Shown here piece after piece: positions 23,429 to 32,013 of a stretch of DNA of 64,000 bases. Source of the stretch: Vulcanimicrobiota bacterium (GTDB taxonomy: Bacteria > Vulcanimicrobiota > Vulcanimicrobiia > Vulcanimicrobiales > Vulcanimicrobiaceae). Location of the stretch: positions 1-64,000 of the forward strand of contig CAWGBN010000003.1 in NCBI GenBank assembly GCA_963820825.1, read 5' to 3'. Below the pieces are notes generated by a model. It was not told the origin of the DNA and made no database searches. It worked only from the letters and a program-made list of their open reading frames with translations. Positions within the stretch are counted from its first letter, which is position 1. Every line of letters begins with the position of its first letter. The translations under genes were made by a program, and so were the position numbers.

Positions 23429-25302
23429 ACGCGCACCGTCGCGGCGGGCTGAATCTGGCGAATGCGGGCCGCGAGTGCTTCGCCGGTAAGCCCGAAGAGC
23501 GCGCGCTGCTTATCCTGCGAGTCGTGCTGAACCAGGACGTTCGGTACTCCGATGCGCTCGACACGCATTTTGAGCCCATGATCGGAGACGAACTCGGCGA
23601 CGGCCGAACCGAATCCGCCGGCCAGCGAGTGTTCTTCGAGCGTGATTAGGTGCGAATGGTCGCGGTCGAGCTCGAGGAGCAGCGCTTCGTCGAGCGGCTT
23701 GGCGAACCGCGCATTGACGACCGTTATCCCCTCTACGTCGGCGTCGAGCGCAACGTCGACGGTCGTGCCGTAGGCGAGCACGGCGACGCCGCGTCCCCAG
23801 CGGAGCACCTCGGCTTTCCCGTGGAAGAGCGGTGCGAGGGGTTCTCCGTGACGTCCGCTGCTCGAGCCGCGCGGATAGCGAATCGCCGCCGGCGCGTTCA
23901 ACGAGAGCGCGAGCTCGAGCATCGGCTGCAGCTCGGCCTCGTTGCGCGGTGCCATGAGCGTGACGTTCGGGAGCGTGCGCAAATAGGCGACGTCGTAGAG
24001 GCCCATGTGCGTCGGCCCGTCGTCGCCGACGAAGCCGGCGCGATCCATGCAAAAGACGACCGGAAGGTTCTGCACGACGACGTCGTGGACGATTTGATCG
24101 TAGGCGCGCTGCAAGAAGGTCGAATAGATCGCGCAGACCGGCCGGAACCCGCTCGTCGCAAGGCCTGCGGCAAAGCAGACCGCGTGCGCCTCGGCAATGC
24201 CGACGTCGAAATAACGCTCGGGAAAGCGCTTCCCGAACTTCGCCAATCCGGTGCCGTCGGGCATCGCCGCGGTGATCCCCACGACGCGCGGGTCCTTCTC
24301 GGCGACGGCAATCATCGCGTCACCGAAGACGTCTTGGAACTTCGGGCGCGCGCCGGGACTGCTCTTCTTGCTGCCGTTGCTCGGTTCGAACGCGTTGGCA
24401 CCGATGCCGTGAAACGTTCGCGAATCGCGCTCGGCCGGCTCGTAACCCTTACCTTTTACGGTGCGAACGTGCAGCAGCACCGGACGCTCGACGTCTTTGG
24501 CGGTCTGCAGCGCGTCCACGAGCACGTCGTAGTTGTGGCCGTCGATCGGTCCGATGTAGCGAAAGCCGAGCTCCTCGAAGATCACGGCGGTCTTCTCCGC
24601 GGGACCCATGAAGTGCATCGCCCCGATCTCGGCCCCTTCGATCGCCCGCTTTGCGGCGCTCCCAAGTGGAATTCGTTTGAGCACCTCTCTTCCGGTGCGG
24701 CGGACGAAGTTCGCGAACGGCTTGCTGCGTAAAACCGAGAGGTACGAGGCGATCGAGCCGACGTTGGGAGCGATCGACATCTCGTTGTCGTTGAGAATGA
24801 CGAGGAACTGCGTCTTGAGCGCGCCCGCATTATTGAGCGCTTCGTAGGCGAGTCCACCGGTAAGCGCGCCGTCGCCCAGCACGGCGACGACGGTCTCACG
24901 GCCGGCGACCAGGTCGCGCGCCGTCGCCATGCCCAGCGCCGCGGCGACGGCCGTACTTGCGTGTCCGGCCCCGAACGGATCGTACGGAGACTCGCTGCGC
25001 ATCGCGAAACCCGAGATACCGCCGCCCTTGCGCAGCGTATCGAAGCGGTCGCGCCGGCCGGTGAGAATTTTGTGCACGTAGGTTTGATGGCTCACGTCCC
25101 AAACGAGCCTGTCGACCGGAAGATCGAGCACGCGATGGAGCGCGAGCGTCAACTCGACGACGCCGAGATTCGGCGCGAGATGCCCGCCGTTGATCGCGCA
25201 CGTGCGAACGAGCAAATCTCGAATCTCGCTGGCGAGTACGTCGATTTCGTCGCGCCGAAGGCGCTTGACGTCGGCCGGAGAGTCGATTCGCTCGATAATC
25301 AT
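23425..25302 (-). CDS. dxs: 1-deoxy-D-xylulose-5-phosphate synthase
   Basis: GGHLAPNLGVVELT, WDVSHQTY, GDGALTGG..YEALNN, DVGIAEAHAV, IYSTFLQRAYDQ, DGPTHMG. Confidence 0.97.
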   Translation of the reverse strand: MIIERIDSPADVKRLRRDEIDVLASEIRDLLVRTCAINGGHLAPNLGVVELTLALHRVLDLPVDRLVWDVSHQTYVHKILTGRRDRFDTLRKGGGISGFAMRSESPYDPFGAGHASTAVAAALGMATARDLVAGRETVVAVLGDGALTGGLAYEALNNAGALKTQFLVILNDNEMSIAPNVGSIASYLSVLRSKPFANFVRRTGREVLKRIPLGSAAKRAIEGAEIGAMHFMGPAEKTAVIFEELGFRYIGPIDGHNYDVLVDALQTAKDVERPVLLHVRTVKGKGYEPAERDSRTFHGIGANAFEPSNGSKKSSPGARPKFQDVFGDAMIAVAEKDPRVVGITAAMPDGTGLAKFGKRFPERYFDVGIAEAHAVCFAAGLATSGFRPVCAIYSTFLQRAYDQIVHDVVVQNLPVVFCMDRAGFVGDDGPTHMGLYDVAYLRTLPNVTLMAPRNEAELQPMLELALSLNAPAAIRYPRGSSSGRHGEPLAPLFHGKAEVLRWGRGVAVLAYGTTVDVALDADVEGITVVNARFAKPLDEALLLELDRDHSHLITLEEHSLAGGFGSAVAEFVSDHGLKMRVERIGVPNVLVQHDSQDKQRALFGLTGEALAARIRQIQPAATVRV

Positions 25303-25335
25303 TGGCCCGTTATACGCACCCGCGCACCGGGGCTC

Positions 25336-25935
25336 CTAGGAGCTCGCGCCGGCGACGACGCTCGCGGCGAGTTCGGCGGCACGCGGCGCTTCGCGCGCAA
25401 GCCAGATCGCTTGCGGCCAATTCCACGGTTTGAGTATTGCCAAGAGGGGCGTACGCCAATCTTCGGAGATTTCGCGTTCGGGCGTGTCGAGGACGACGCG
25501 GACGGCGGCAACGCGCGGAGCATCGATCAACCCGGTTTCCATATCCACGGCAACGTAGCCCTGCACCGCCCATTGCGCCCGCGAGATGCCTCGCACGATC
25601 TTCGCGGCCGTGACCAGCGGATCGAAATGCACCTCGATGCCCAGCCGCCGGGCACTCGCCGCAAAGGCGTCGACGAGGTCGGGATCGCAGCGGAGCGTCT
25701 TCCCGTCGGGCCTACGAACCTCGCGTGGAATTACGACGGTTCCGGTCGGCAGGCCGGGGCGCAGTCCTCCGGCCAGGCCGCAGCTCACGACGATCTCGCC
25801 CAGCCCCTCGTGCAGATCGGCGAGCGCAATCCCGGTCTGCACGATCCGCGCTCCGGGCATCCGGCGCCGAAGCGCCTTGCATTCCAGCGCGGTGGCTGCG
25901 ATCAACGTCGCCGTCACCTTCCCCTCTTCGCGCAC
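25336..25935 (-). CDS. hpnG: Hopanoid-associated nucleoside phosphorylase-like protein (HpnG-like)
   Basis: VSCGLAGGL.P.L..G, AVDMET, VRVVLDTP; hopanoid gene context; start may be a few codons later. Confidence 0.65.
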   Translation of the reverse strand: MREEGKVTATLIAATALECKALRRRMPGARIVQTGIALADLHEGLGEIVVSCGLAGGLRPGLPTGTVVIPREVRRPDGKTLRCDPDLVDAFAASARRLGIEVHFDPLVTAAKIVRGISRAQWAVQGYVAVDMETGLIDAPRVAAVRVVLDTPEREISEDWRTPLLAILKPWNWPQAIWLAREAPRAAELAASVVAGASS

Positions 25936-26015
25936 GTAGGTTTTCTTTTGCGTGCGGTCGTAGCCTCATGCTCCGACCGCGACAAAAGAGCGACCAGCAG
26001 TCAAAGGAGTTTGCG

Positions 26016-26579
26016 ATGACCGCCACGAGCCAGCCCTTCCTATCCGACGTTACCGAGCTCCGCCGGCGGGCACGCGAGCAGATCGAACGCGGCGCCGTGA
26101 CGCAGAACTACGGCGGCGACGTCAAGCAGGCGATCGAACTGCTTCAAACGGCGCTGGCAACCGAGATCGTCTGCGTCCTTCGCTACACGATGCATTACGT
26201 CGCCGCGGTCGGGATCGACAGCGAAGCGGTCAAGGATGAGTTCGCGCAGCACGCTGCCGAGGAGCGCGCGCACATGGAGAAGATTGCCGAGCGCATCAAC
26301 CAGCTCGGCGGCACGCCGAACCTCGATCCGCAAGGGCTGCATACGCGCTCGGCCACCGAGTACGGCAGTGCCGAAAAGCTCATCGACATGATCAAAGAGA
26401 ATCTCGTCGCCGAGCGTATCGCCGTCGAACACTACCGCGAGCTCGTCCGTTTCTTCGGCGAGAAAGACCCGACGACGCGAGTCATGCTCGAAGGCATTCT
26501 CGCACAAGAGGAAGAGCACGCCAACGACATGCACGACCTATTGGTCGCGCACGAAGGCAGGCCGTTCTTAGACGGTTAG
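26016..26579 (+). CDS. Ferritin-like/bacterioferritin-related di-iron protein
   Basis: ALATEIVCVLRY, EERAH, ENLVAERIA, EEEHANDM; SD AAGGAG. Confidence 0.85.
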   Translation: MTATSQPFLSDVTELRRRAREQIERGAVTQNYGGDVKQAIELLQTALATEIVCVLRYTMHYVAAVGIDSEAVKDEFAQHAAEERAHMEKIAERINQLGGTPNLDPQGLHTRSATEYGSAEKLIDMIKENLVAERIAVEHYRELVRFFGEKDPTTRVMLEGILAQEEEHANDMHDLLVAHEGRPFLDG

Positions 26580-27506
26580 ATAGCCGTTCTCGCGGTACCA
26601 CTCAACGGCGCGCGCTAGCGCACCACGGACCGGCGTCGCCGCATACTCAAGCTCGCGCTGGGCCTTTGACGAGTCGGCGTACATGCGTTCGAGCGAGAGG
26701 CGCACGCCTTCGAGCGGCACCGCCGGCGTCGCGCCGGTGAGCGCGCAACGCACTTCGTCGAAGAGGGCCGCCCCAAACGCGAGCGGATAGGGCGCGCGCC
26801 AGCCCGGCACCGGTTTGCCGGTGACCTCGGCGAGCAGCTGCCAGATCTCGTCCATGCTGAGGTTCTCGCCGCCGAGGACGTACCGCTCGTGAATCCGCCC
26901 GCGCGTCAGCGCGGTAACGTGCGCGCGAGCGACGTCTTCCACCGCGACGAGATTCATGCCGCCGCTTCCCGGCGCTTTCGCGACGATCTTGCCGCGCGCA
27001 AAGTCAAGCACGAGCCGTCCGGTCGGTGTCGGCTTGCGATCGCCCGGCCCGACGGGTGCGGTCGGGAGGAGCGCGACGACGGGAACGCGCGCCGCAAAGG
27101 CGACCCGCTCTTGCTCGAGCTTCGAGCGATGGTATCCGCTCTCGGCGTGTCCCTCCGTCGCCGAGCTCGAGGTCAAAACGACCCGCTCGATGCCGGCAAA
27201 GTGCGCGGCGAGCAGCAGGCTTGCCGTGCCGTCGACGTTGACCGCGCGAATCGCCGCACGATCGCGCGGTGCAAACGAGTAGAGCGCCGCGCAGTGCACG
27301 AGATAACGGCAATCGACGAGGGCGCGTGCGAACGCGCCGACGTCGCGCAGATCGCCGTGCACCCACTGGAGATTCTCGACGCTACGGTCTTGCGGCGTTC
27401 GCGCGAGGGCGCGTACCGAATACCCCGCGCCGAGCAAGTCGCGCAGCACGTGCGAACCGACGAACCCGGTTGCACCGGTCAGAAAGACGAGCCGAGCGGA
27501 GGCCAT
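26568..27506 (-). CDS. hpnA: NAD-dependent epimerase/dehydratase (HpnA-like)
   Basis: FLTGATGFVGSHV, HCAALY, YHRSK, PTAPVGPGDRKPTPTG. Confidence 0.8.
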   Translation of the reverse strand: MASARLVFLTGATGFVGSHVLRDLLGAGYSVRALARTPQDRSVENLQWVHGDLRDVGAFARALVDCRYLVHCAALYSFAPRDRAAIRAVNVDGTASLLLAAHFAGIERVVLTSSSATEGHAESGYHRSKLEQERVAFAARVPVVALLPTAPVGPGDRKPTPTGRLVLDFARGKIVAKAPGSGGMNLVAVEDVARAHVTALTRGRIHERYVLGGENLSMDEIWQLLAEVTGKPVPGWRAPYPLAFGAALFDEVRCALTGATPAVPLEGVRLSLERMYADSSKAQRELEYAATPVRGALARAVEWYRENGYLTV

Positions 27507-27581
27507 TTCGCGTGATACTGCCGTTGCGCGGAGGGCTCCTCGCGCGTCACCCGGTAGTACGCGCCGAAGGAGTATCCGCAC

Positions 27582-28208
27582 ATGAAACGTTTCCCGGCCG
27601 CCGTGGCGGCGATTTTTGCAGTTTCGCTTACCGCCTGCGGTTACGGCATGACCGGCGCGGCAGGCCCGAGCGGCTCCGGCGGCGCGCAATCCTCGCCGGC
27701 GAGAGTGCAGCTGCCCGCCGGGCTCGATCCCGCCGATGCAGGGGCTGCCGCATATTGCCGCCAGACGAACGGCGCAGTCGAAGTGCGTCGCGCCGTCTAC
27801 GGCAGCAACGGCCCGAGTCTGCTCTTTCTGGCCGGGATCAAGAGCTTCTGTCAGTACACGAGCAAAAAAGACGGCTCGCGGATTCACATTCTGTTGAGCA
27901 CGCTCTACACGACGAAACCGACGCTTGCCGCGATCGCGTACTATCTGAAGCCGCCGCTGGGATCGTGCGGCGGAAATCCCGCCTCGTGCTACTGCTCGCA
28001 ACTCGGAGCATCGGACCAGTTCGGTGGAACGTACGGCGCGGGCGGCGGATGGTACAAGAAGAAATCCATCGATCAAACGCTCGAAGCCTGCATCTTCCCC
28101 GACATGTCCTCGATCGATTCGTGGGGATTGGCCTACCATTCCAACGGCATCATTCGCGGCATCGACCTTACGAAGGTGATGCGCTATAAATACCCCAGCG
28201 CTCGCTGA
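27582..28208 (+). CDS. Cys-rich lipoprotein with DUF333-like motifs
   Basis: Lipobox LTAC; AAAYCRQTNG and GNPASCYCSQLG; SD AAGGAG. Confidence 0.7.
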   Translation: MKRFPAAVAAIFAVSLTACGYGMTGAAGPSGSGGAQSSPARVQLPAGLDPADAGAAAYCRQTNGAVEVRRAVYGSNGPSLLFLAGIKSFCQYTSKKDGSRIHILLSTLYTTKPTLAAIAYYLKPPLGSCGGNPASCYCSQLGASDQFGGTYGAGGGWYKKKSIDQTLEACIFPDMSSIDSWGLAYHSNGIIRGIDLTKVMRYKYPSAR

Positions 28209-28263
28209 CGGCTACCATCCGGTTGCGCCGGGAAAGCTCGCAGCGGTACAGACCTTTCTCGAG

Positions 28264-28788
28264 ATGCGCCGGCCACCCGCGCCGAGGCCGTGTGCGGCCA
28301 ATGGGTCGTGGCGCGTAGAACGTTTCGAGCCCGTCGACCTCGAGCGATTCTACGCGCTCTTCCATCGGGTCGGCGACGAGCACCTCTGGACCCTTCGGCT
28401 GCAAATGCCTCGCGCTGAGGTCGAGCGGCTACTGAGCGATCCGAAGTTCGAGCTTCACGTCCTCGTTACGGAGAATGGCGACGACGGGATTTTGGAGCTC
28501 GATTTCCGCGTCGCCCGTGAGTGCGAGCTGAGCCTGTTCGGCGTCGCGCCACGGCTCGTCGGAAGCGGCGCCGGGCGATTTCTCATGAACCGCGGGATCG
28601 AACTCGCGTGGTCGCATCCAATCGAGCGCTTCTGGCTGCACACCTGCACGCTCGATCATCCCAATGCCCTTGGCTTCTACCGCCGCTCCGGGTTCACGCC
28701 GTACGGACGCGCGATCGAGATCTTCGACGATCCGCGATATCTCGGCTTGACACGCCGCGAGGCCGCCGATCAGGTTCCGATTCTCTAG
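28264..28788 (+). CDS. GNAT family N-acetyltransferase (true start probably upstream, near 28186)
   Basis: GILELDFR, FGV...LVGSGAGRFLM, WLHTCTLDHPNALGFY. Confidence 0.85.
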   Translation: MRRPPAPRPCAANGSWRVERFEPVDLERFYALFHRVGDEHLWTLRLQMPRAEVERLLSDPKFELHVLVTENGDDGILELDFRVARECELSLFGVAPRLVGSGAGRFLMNRGIELAWSHPIERFWLHTCTLDHPNALGFYRRSGFTPYGRAIEIFDDPRYLGLTRREAADQVPIL

Positions 28789-28979
28789 GGATCGGGCTGG
28801 AAAATCTCCTCGACCGTTGCGCTGAAGATTCTCCCGATCTTGAAGGCGAGCGGGAGGCTGGGCGCATACTTTCCCGCTTCGAGTGCGACGATGGTTTGAC
28901 GGGCGACGCCGAGCCGGTCGGCGAGTTCTGCCTGCGACCAGTCGCGTTCGGCGCGCAAGACCTTCAAACGGTTTTTCAT
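28785..28979 (-). CDS. XRE/Cro-C1 HTH transcriptional regulator, 64 aa
   Basis: MKNRLKVLRAERDWSQAELA..LGVARQTI..LE.GKY.PSL.LAFKI. Confidence 0.92.
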   Translation of the reverse strand: MKNRLKVLRAERDWSQAELADRLGVARQTIVALEAGKYAPSLPLAFKIGRIFSATVEEIFQPDP

Positions 28980-29380
28980 TATTGGTAGTGCCGCGCGACG
29001 ACGCAGCGTGCCACGCCCCAGGCGCCCATGAGCACGATCCACGTCAGCCATGCCGAGGGACGCGGGAGACCCGCGACCTCTAGAAAGCCGTAGGTTACCG
29101 AGAGCACCGCCGTCACCGCCGCCGCGATCGCAAGCGACTCGGTCATCACCCGGCGCTCGAACTCGTCGGTTTCGACGAAGTAGCGGACGATCGTCGGGAC
29201 GAGCAGCACGACCGGAACGAGCGGAGCGATTAAGATCGCGTAGCGCAGCAGGCCCACCGGATGAGTCGCGTTCACCGTCGCCACTGCCCCAAAGAGCACC
29301 GCTACGTAGGCCACCATCAAAAGGCCAAACTGGAGGAGGTACCGCCGCCCGGCGGCCTGGGTCGGATTGAGCTGCTTCAT
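28979..29380 (-). CDS. Small 4-TM membrane protein co-transcribed with the XRE regulator
   Basis: Hydrophobic segments, DEFERR motif, TAATG overlap with the regulator start. Confidence 0.8.
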   Translation of the reverse strand: MKQLNPTQAAGRRYLLQFGLLMVAYVAVLFGAVATVNATHPVGLLRYAILIAPLVPVVLLVPTIVRYFVETDEFERRVMTESLAIAAAVTAVLSVTYGFLEVAGLPRPSAWLTWIVLMGAWGVARCVVARHYQ

Positions 29381-29386
29381 GCACCC

Positions 29387-29415
29387 ATAGTAGCGTGGGA
29401 GCGACAAAATGTCAA
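29387..29415 (-). promoter_or_regulatory. Sigma70 promoter for the membrane protein/XRE operon (leaderless)
   Basis: TTGACA-17 bp-TACTAT-6 nt-ATG(29380); no SD. Confidence 0.75.
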
Positions 29416-29435
29416 GTATATGCGACATTATATAC

Positions 29436-29464
29436 TTGACACCGTAGGTTTCCCGCGCTATACT
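29436..29464 (+). promoter_or_regulatory. Near-consensus inward promoter in the left end of the IS
   Basis: TTGACA-17 bp-TATACT. Confidence 0.75.
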
Positions 29465-29472
29465 GCGCCCTA

Positions 29473-29757
29473 ATGACAGGGCGGCCTGGAGGGCCCTCTA
29501 GCTTAGCCGACAAGCTGCGCGCTAGGGCGGCTTTACTTGCCCAGGAGCGAGAGCGGTTTAATGCAACCGCTTTGCCGCTTTTACAAGCAGCTCTTCAGTC
29601 TCTGCGTCAAGCCCAGGCTGAGCCAGCCGAGCTACGATCAGAGCTTCAAGCGCCTTCTGAATCGCCTCAAGGCGTTCAAGAAGCCACCGATCAGGGTGTC
29701 CCATGCCAGGAGTCTGGGCCATCTAGTGCCTCCCCAAGCAAAAGCGTGTTATCCTGA
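29473..29757 (+). CDS. Hypothetical 94-aa passenger ORF
   Basis: ATG 8 nt after the -10 box; helical N-half, low-complexity C-half; no family recognised. Confidence 0.35.
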   Translation: MTGRPGGPSSLADKLRARAALLAQERERFNATALPLLQAALQSLRQAQAEPAELRSELQAPSESPQGVQEATDQGVPCQESGPSSASPSKSVLS

Positions 29758-29765
29758 CGGGGAGT

Positions 29766-29912
29766 ATGGCGACAGAGATAAGCAAGCCTGCGGATGATCT
29801 AAGTCCCTTCGAGCGATTCGTGGCGGCTATTATGGCCGTCCCCAAGGGGGCCATAGAAAAGGCTGAATCCAAGCGCATCAAACGGGCTAGCCGCAAGATC
29901 AAACAGCCCTGA
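29766..29912 (+). CDS. 48-aa basic passenger ORF (…SPFERFVAAIMAVPKGAIEKAESKRIKRASRKIKQP)
   Basis: SD GGGGAG; amphipathic helix plus basic tail resembling small ORFs seen in IS1595 elements. Confidence 0.55.
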   Translation: MATEISKPADDLSPFERFVAAIMAVPKGAIEKAESKRIKRASRKIKQP

Positions 29913-30087
29913 AAGTGTCGCCTGCTTAGCAGGTCGAGCATTTGCTCTATTAGGCGGTCACGGACGGTAGGCGGTAACCTTTTAGGCGCTTCCACAGTAT
30001 TGACTTATGGAAGCAGGAGTAGAATGGATTGGCCGCGACGGCGGCTAATTACGGGAAATAACCACGGCGAAGGGGGGTGCTTATCGG

Positions 30088-30627
30088 ATGCCATCGGACA
30101 AGTTTGTTACACTAATCCACTACATTTGCTGGAGAAGCGAAGATGGAGAGCTTGGAGCCACCAAGCTCAACAAAGTCGCATGGCTAGCGGATGCGTGGAC
30201 GTTTCTAAAAACAGGCAAGTCTCTGACAGGAGAGACTTATGTCAAGCAACGCTTTGGCCCGGTTCCTAAGCACATCCTTCCCGTGATTGAGCAATTGAAG
30301 CGTAAGAAAGACATAGCGGTTAAGGAGCCTACTGAACCGTTTATGAACCGCGAGTTCTTCGCGCCGAATCCTCCTGATATGTCAGCGTTCACGGACGAGG
30401 AGAGGCAGCGCATTGATCACGCCATAGCTTTTTGCAGGGGATACAGCGCATGGGGCATTAGCTGCGCCACGCATGAGCTGCTACCGTGGCAGGTCGCTGC
30501 GCTGGGCGAAGAAATCCCCATGTACGCTTATCTTGCGAGTACCCCAGGCAATATCACGAAAGACGATAAGGTTTGGGGCAACAAAGTAGTAAAACGAGTA
30601 TCTAAAACAGATCACGCAACAGCCTAA
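30088..30627 (+). CDS. Panacea (DUF4065/SocA-like) antitoxin-domain protein
   Basis: TKLNKVAWLAD, LTGETYVK..FGPVP, IS.ATHE..PW, GEEIP motifs. Confidence 0.85.
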   Translation: MPSDKFVTLIHYICWRSEDGELGATKLNKVAWLADAWTFLKTGKSLTGETYVKQRFGPVPKHILPVIEQLKRKKDIAVKEPTEPFMNREFFAPNPPDMSAFTDEERQRIDHAIAFCRGYSAWGISCATHELLPWQVAALGEEIPMYAYLASTPGNITKDDKVWGNKVVKRVSKTDHATA

Positions 30628-30644
30628 GCGGAGAAACGCTCCCC

Positions 30645-30962
30645 ATGCATTGGAGTCTCGGAAGAGACGTCCGTGAGGACCCGGAGGTTACCGAAGGCAT
30701 AAACGAGGCACAGAAAAAGTGGCCTCGTTTTGATGATGCTTGGGCAGGTCTAACCTGGCTCCTTGCGAGACAGGCTCCCGAGTTAGGCGTTTGGCAGATG
30801 CGGGGCGACACAATGTACCGCCTTTATAAGCAGGCTGGCAACAAACTAGCCGACACTCCCGACATTACCGTAGTGTATTCGTTTGATGATCAAATGGTTT
30901 ACGTCCACGATATGAAAGCCGAGCCCCGCAGCGACGGTGAGGATGAAGTTACGGAGCTATAG
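30645..30962 (+). CDS. Putative toxin, RelE/ParE-like size and pattern
   Basis: 105 aa directly after Panacea; helix pair ending WLLARQAPELG then beta strands YRLYKQ, PDITVVYSFDD, VYVHDM. Confidence 0.55.
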   Translation: MHWSLGRDVREDPEVTEGINEAQKKWPRFDDAWAGLTWLLARQAPELGVWQMRGDTMYRLYKQAGNKLADTPDITVVYSFDDQMVYVHDMKAEPRSDGEDEVTEL

Positions 30963-30977
30963 CTCTCCGCCTCGTTT

Positions 30978-31442
30978 TCATTTAGGCTTCGCTAGCAGCG
31001 CCTTGTAGGTAAGTCGCTTCGAGTCTGCTCCTTTAACAACTTTAGAGAAGCGCGGACCGTCGGTATTCTCCCGTTCATTGTAGCGAAAGATTTGCTCGTC
31101 CAAATAAGAGTCCAGGTGCTTAGGGCGCGGGCAAATATAGGTTCCGCCGATCGTCCGCTTTAGAACGCTCCAGAAGTTTTCGATGCTATTCGTGTGGACT
31201 CGGCCTTCGACGTAGTTCTCGGCGTGGTTGATAACCTGGTGAACGTAATCCTGAAACTTGAGGCCGTGATACGAGCCTAGCTGGTCCGTGTAAACCGTGG
31301 ATCCCTTGGCGACGTTCTCCATAATCGCCGGCAAAAGCGTTTCGCGGCGCGTATCCTTGATGACGAAGGCCCGAACCTTACCGCCGCGCTCGCGAATTCC
31401 CATGACGGGAACCTTGCTATAGCCCGGGCCTCCTGGCCCACT
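30978..31442 (-). pseudogene. IS1595 (ISXO2-like DDE) transposase, N-terminal half deleted
   Basis: KVPVMGIRERGGKV, VYTDQ..SY, VINH, VHTNSIENFWS.LKR, YLDEQIFRYN; Zn-ribbon, HTH and first catalytic Asp missing; frame begins just inside the TIR. Confidence 0.9.
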
Positions 31443-31547
31443 AAGTCAAGGCGTCAAGTATATAATGTCGAGTATATGCGACATTATGTCGCCTAAACAC
31501 GCCTAACCTCAGTCACGGCGGCTGGGCCCCAGGTCGTCGCGTCGCGA

Positions 31548-31949
31548 TTATCTTCCGATGGCGAAGAGCGCCATAGCCAGAACGAGGACGAAGGCGACAA
31601 TACCCGAGGCGTGGATCGCGTGGGCTCGATGATTTCGGTGCGGGCCGCCGTGCCGCGAGACCACCCAGAGATCGAAGATCGAAACCGCGATGCCGGTGAC
31701 GGCGAGCACGATCAGCAGTGCAAGCATGTGAAAGTAGGCCGTCGCGCCGAGCGCGACGCCGAAGGCGACGTCGCGAATGCCGGTCGCACGAACGAAGCCG
31801 GCGCCTTGGTGTCCGTCGACCGGAACCCCATAGCCGCGCGCGAGTGGATGGGGTGCGAAGATCGCATAGAGGCCGACGACGACGAGTACGACGGCGATGA
31901 TCCACCCGAGATAGAATGCTCCAGCCACTGCGGCCACGCGTTTCTGCAA
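31548..31949 (-). CDS. DUF4267-like membrane protein
   Basis: P..LARGYGVP, ATGIRDVAFG, AHAIH. Confidence 0.7.
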   Translation of the reverse strand: MQKRVAAVAGAFYLGWIIAVVLVVVGLYAIFAPHPLARGYGVPVDGHQGAGFVRATGIRDVAFGVALGATAYFHMLALLIVLAVTGIAVSIFDLWVVSRHGGPHRNHRAHAIHASGIVAFVLVLAMALFAIGR

Positions 31950-32013
31950 TGGGGCGCCGAGTCCCCGGCGAAGTACTCGCGCGAATCATCGTGTTCTTCT
32001 TGAAGCACCGTAA

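Larger units (their letters stand above)
29423..31470. mobile_element. Non-autonomous IS1595-family element with passenger genes, 2048 bp
   Basis: 21-bp TIRs CGACATTATATACTTGACACC (29423-29443)/GGCGTCAAGTATATAATGTCG (31450-31470), 1 mismatch; 8-bp TSD AGTATATG (29415-29422, 31471-31478); lower GC; truncated transposase. Confidence 0.93.

Noticed and set aside
30000..30025. TTGACT...TAGAAT as a promoter for the Panacea gene
   Set aside because: Spacer is only 14 bp; the -10 box alone may work but cannot be supported
29415..31487. 17-bp direct repeat read as attL/attR of an integrative element
   Set aside because: No integrase is present; 21-bp TIRs, an 8-bp TSD and an IS1595 transposase remnant explain it better
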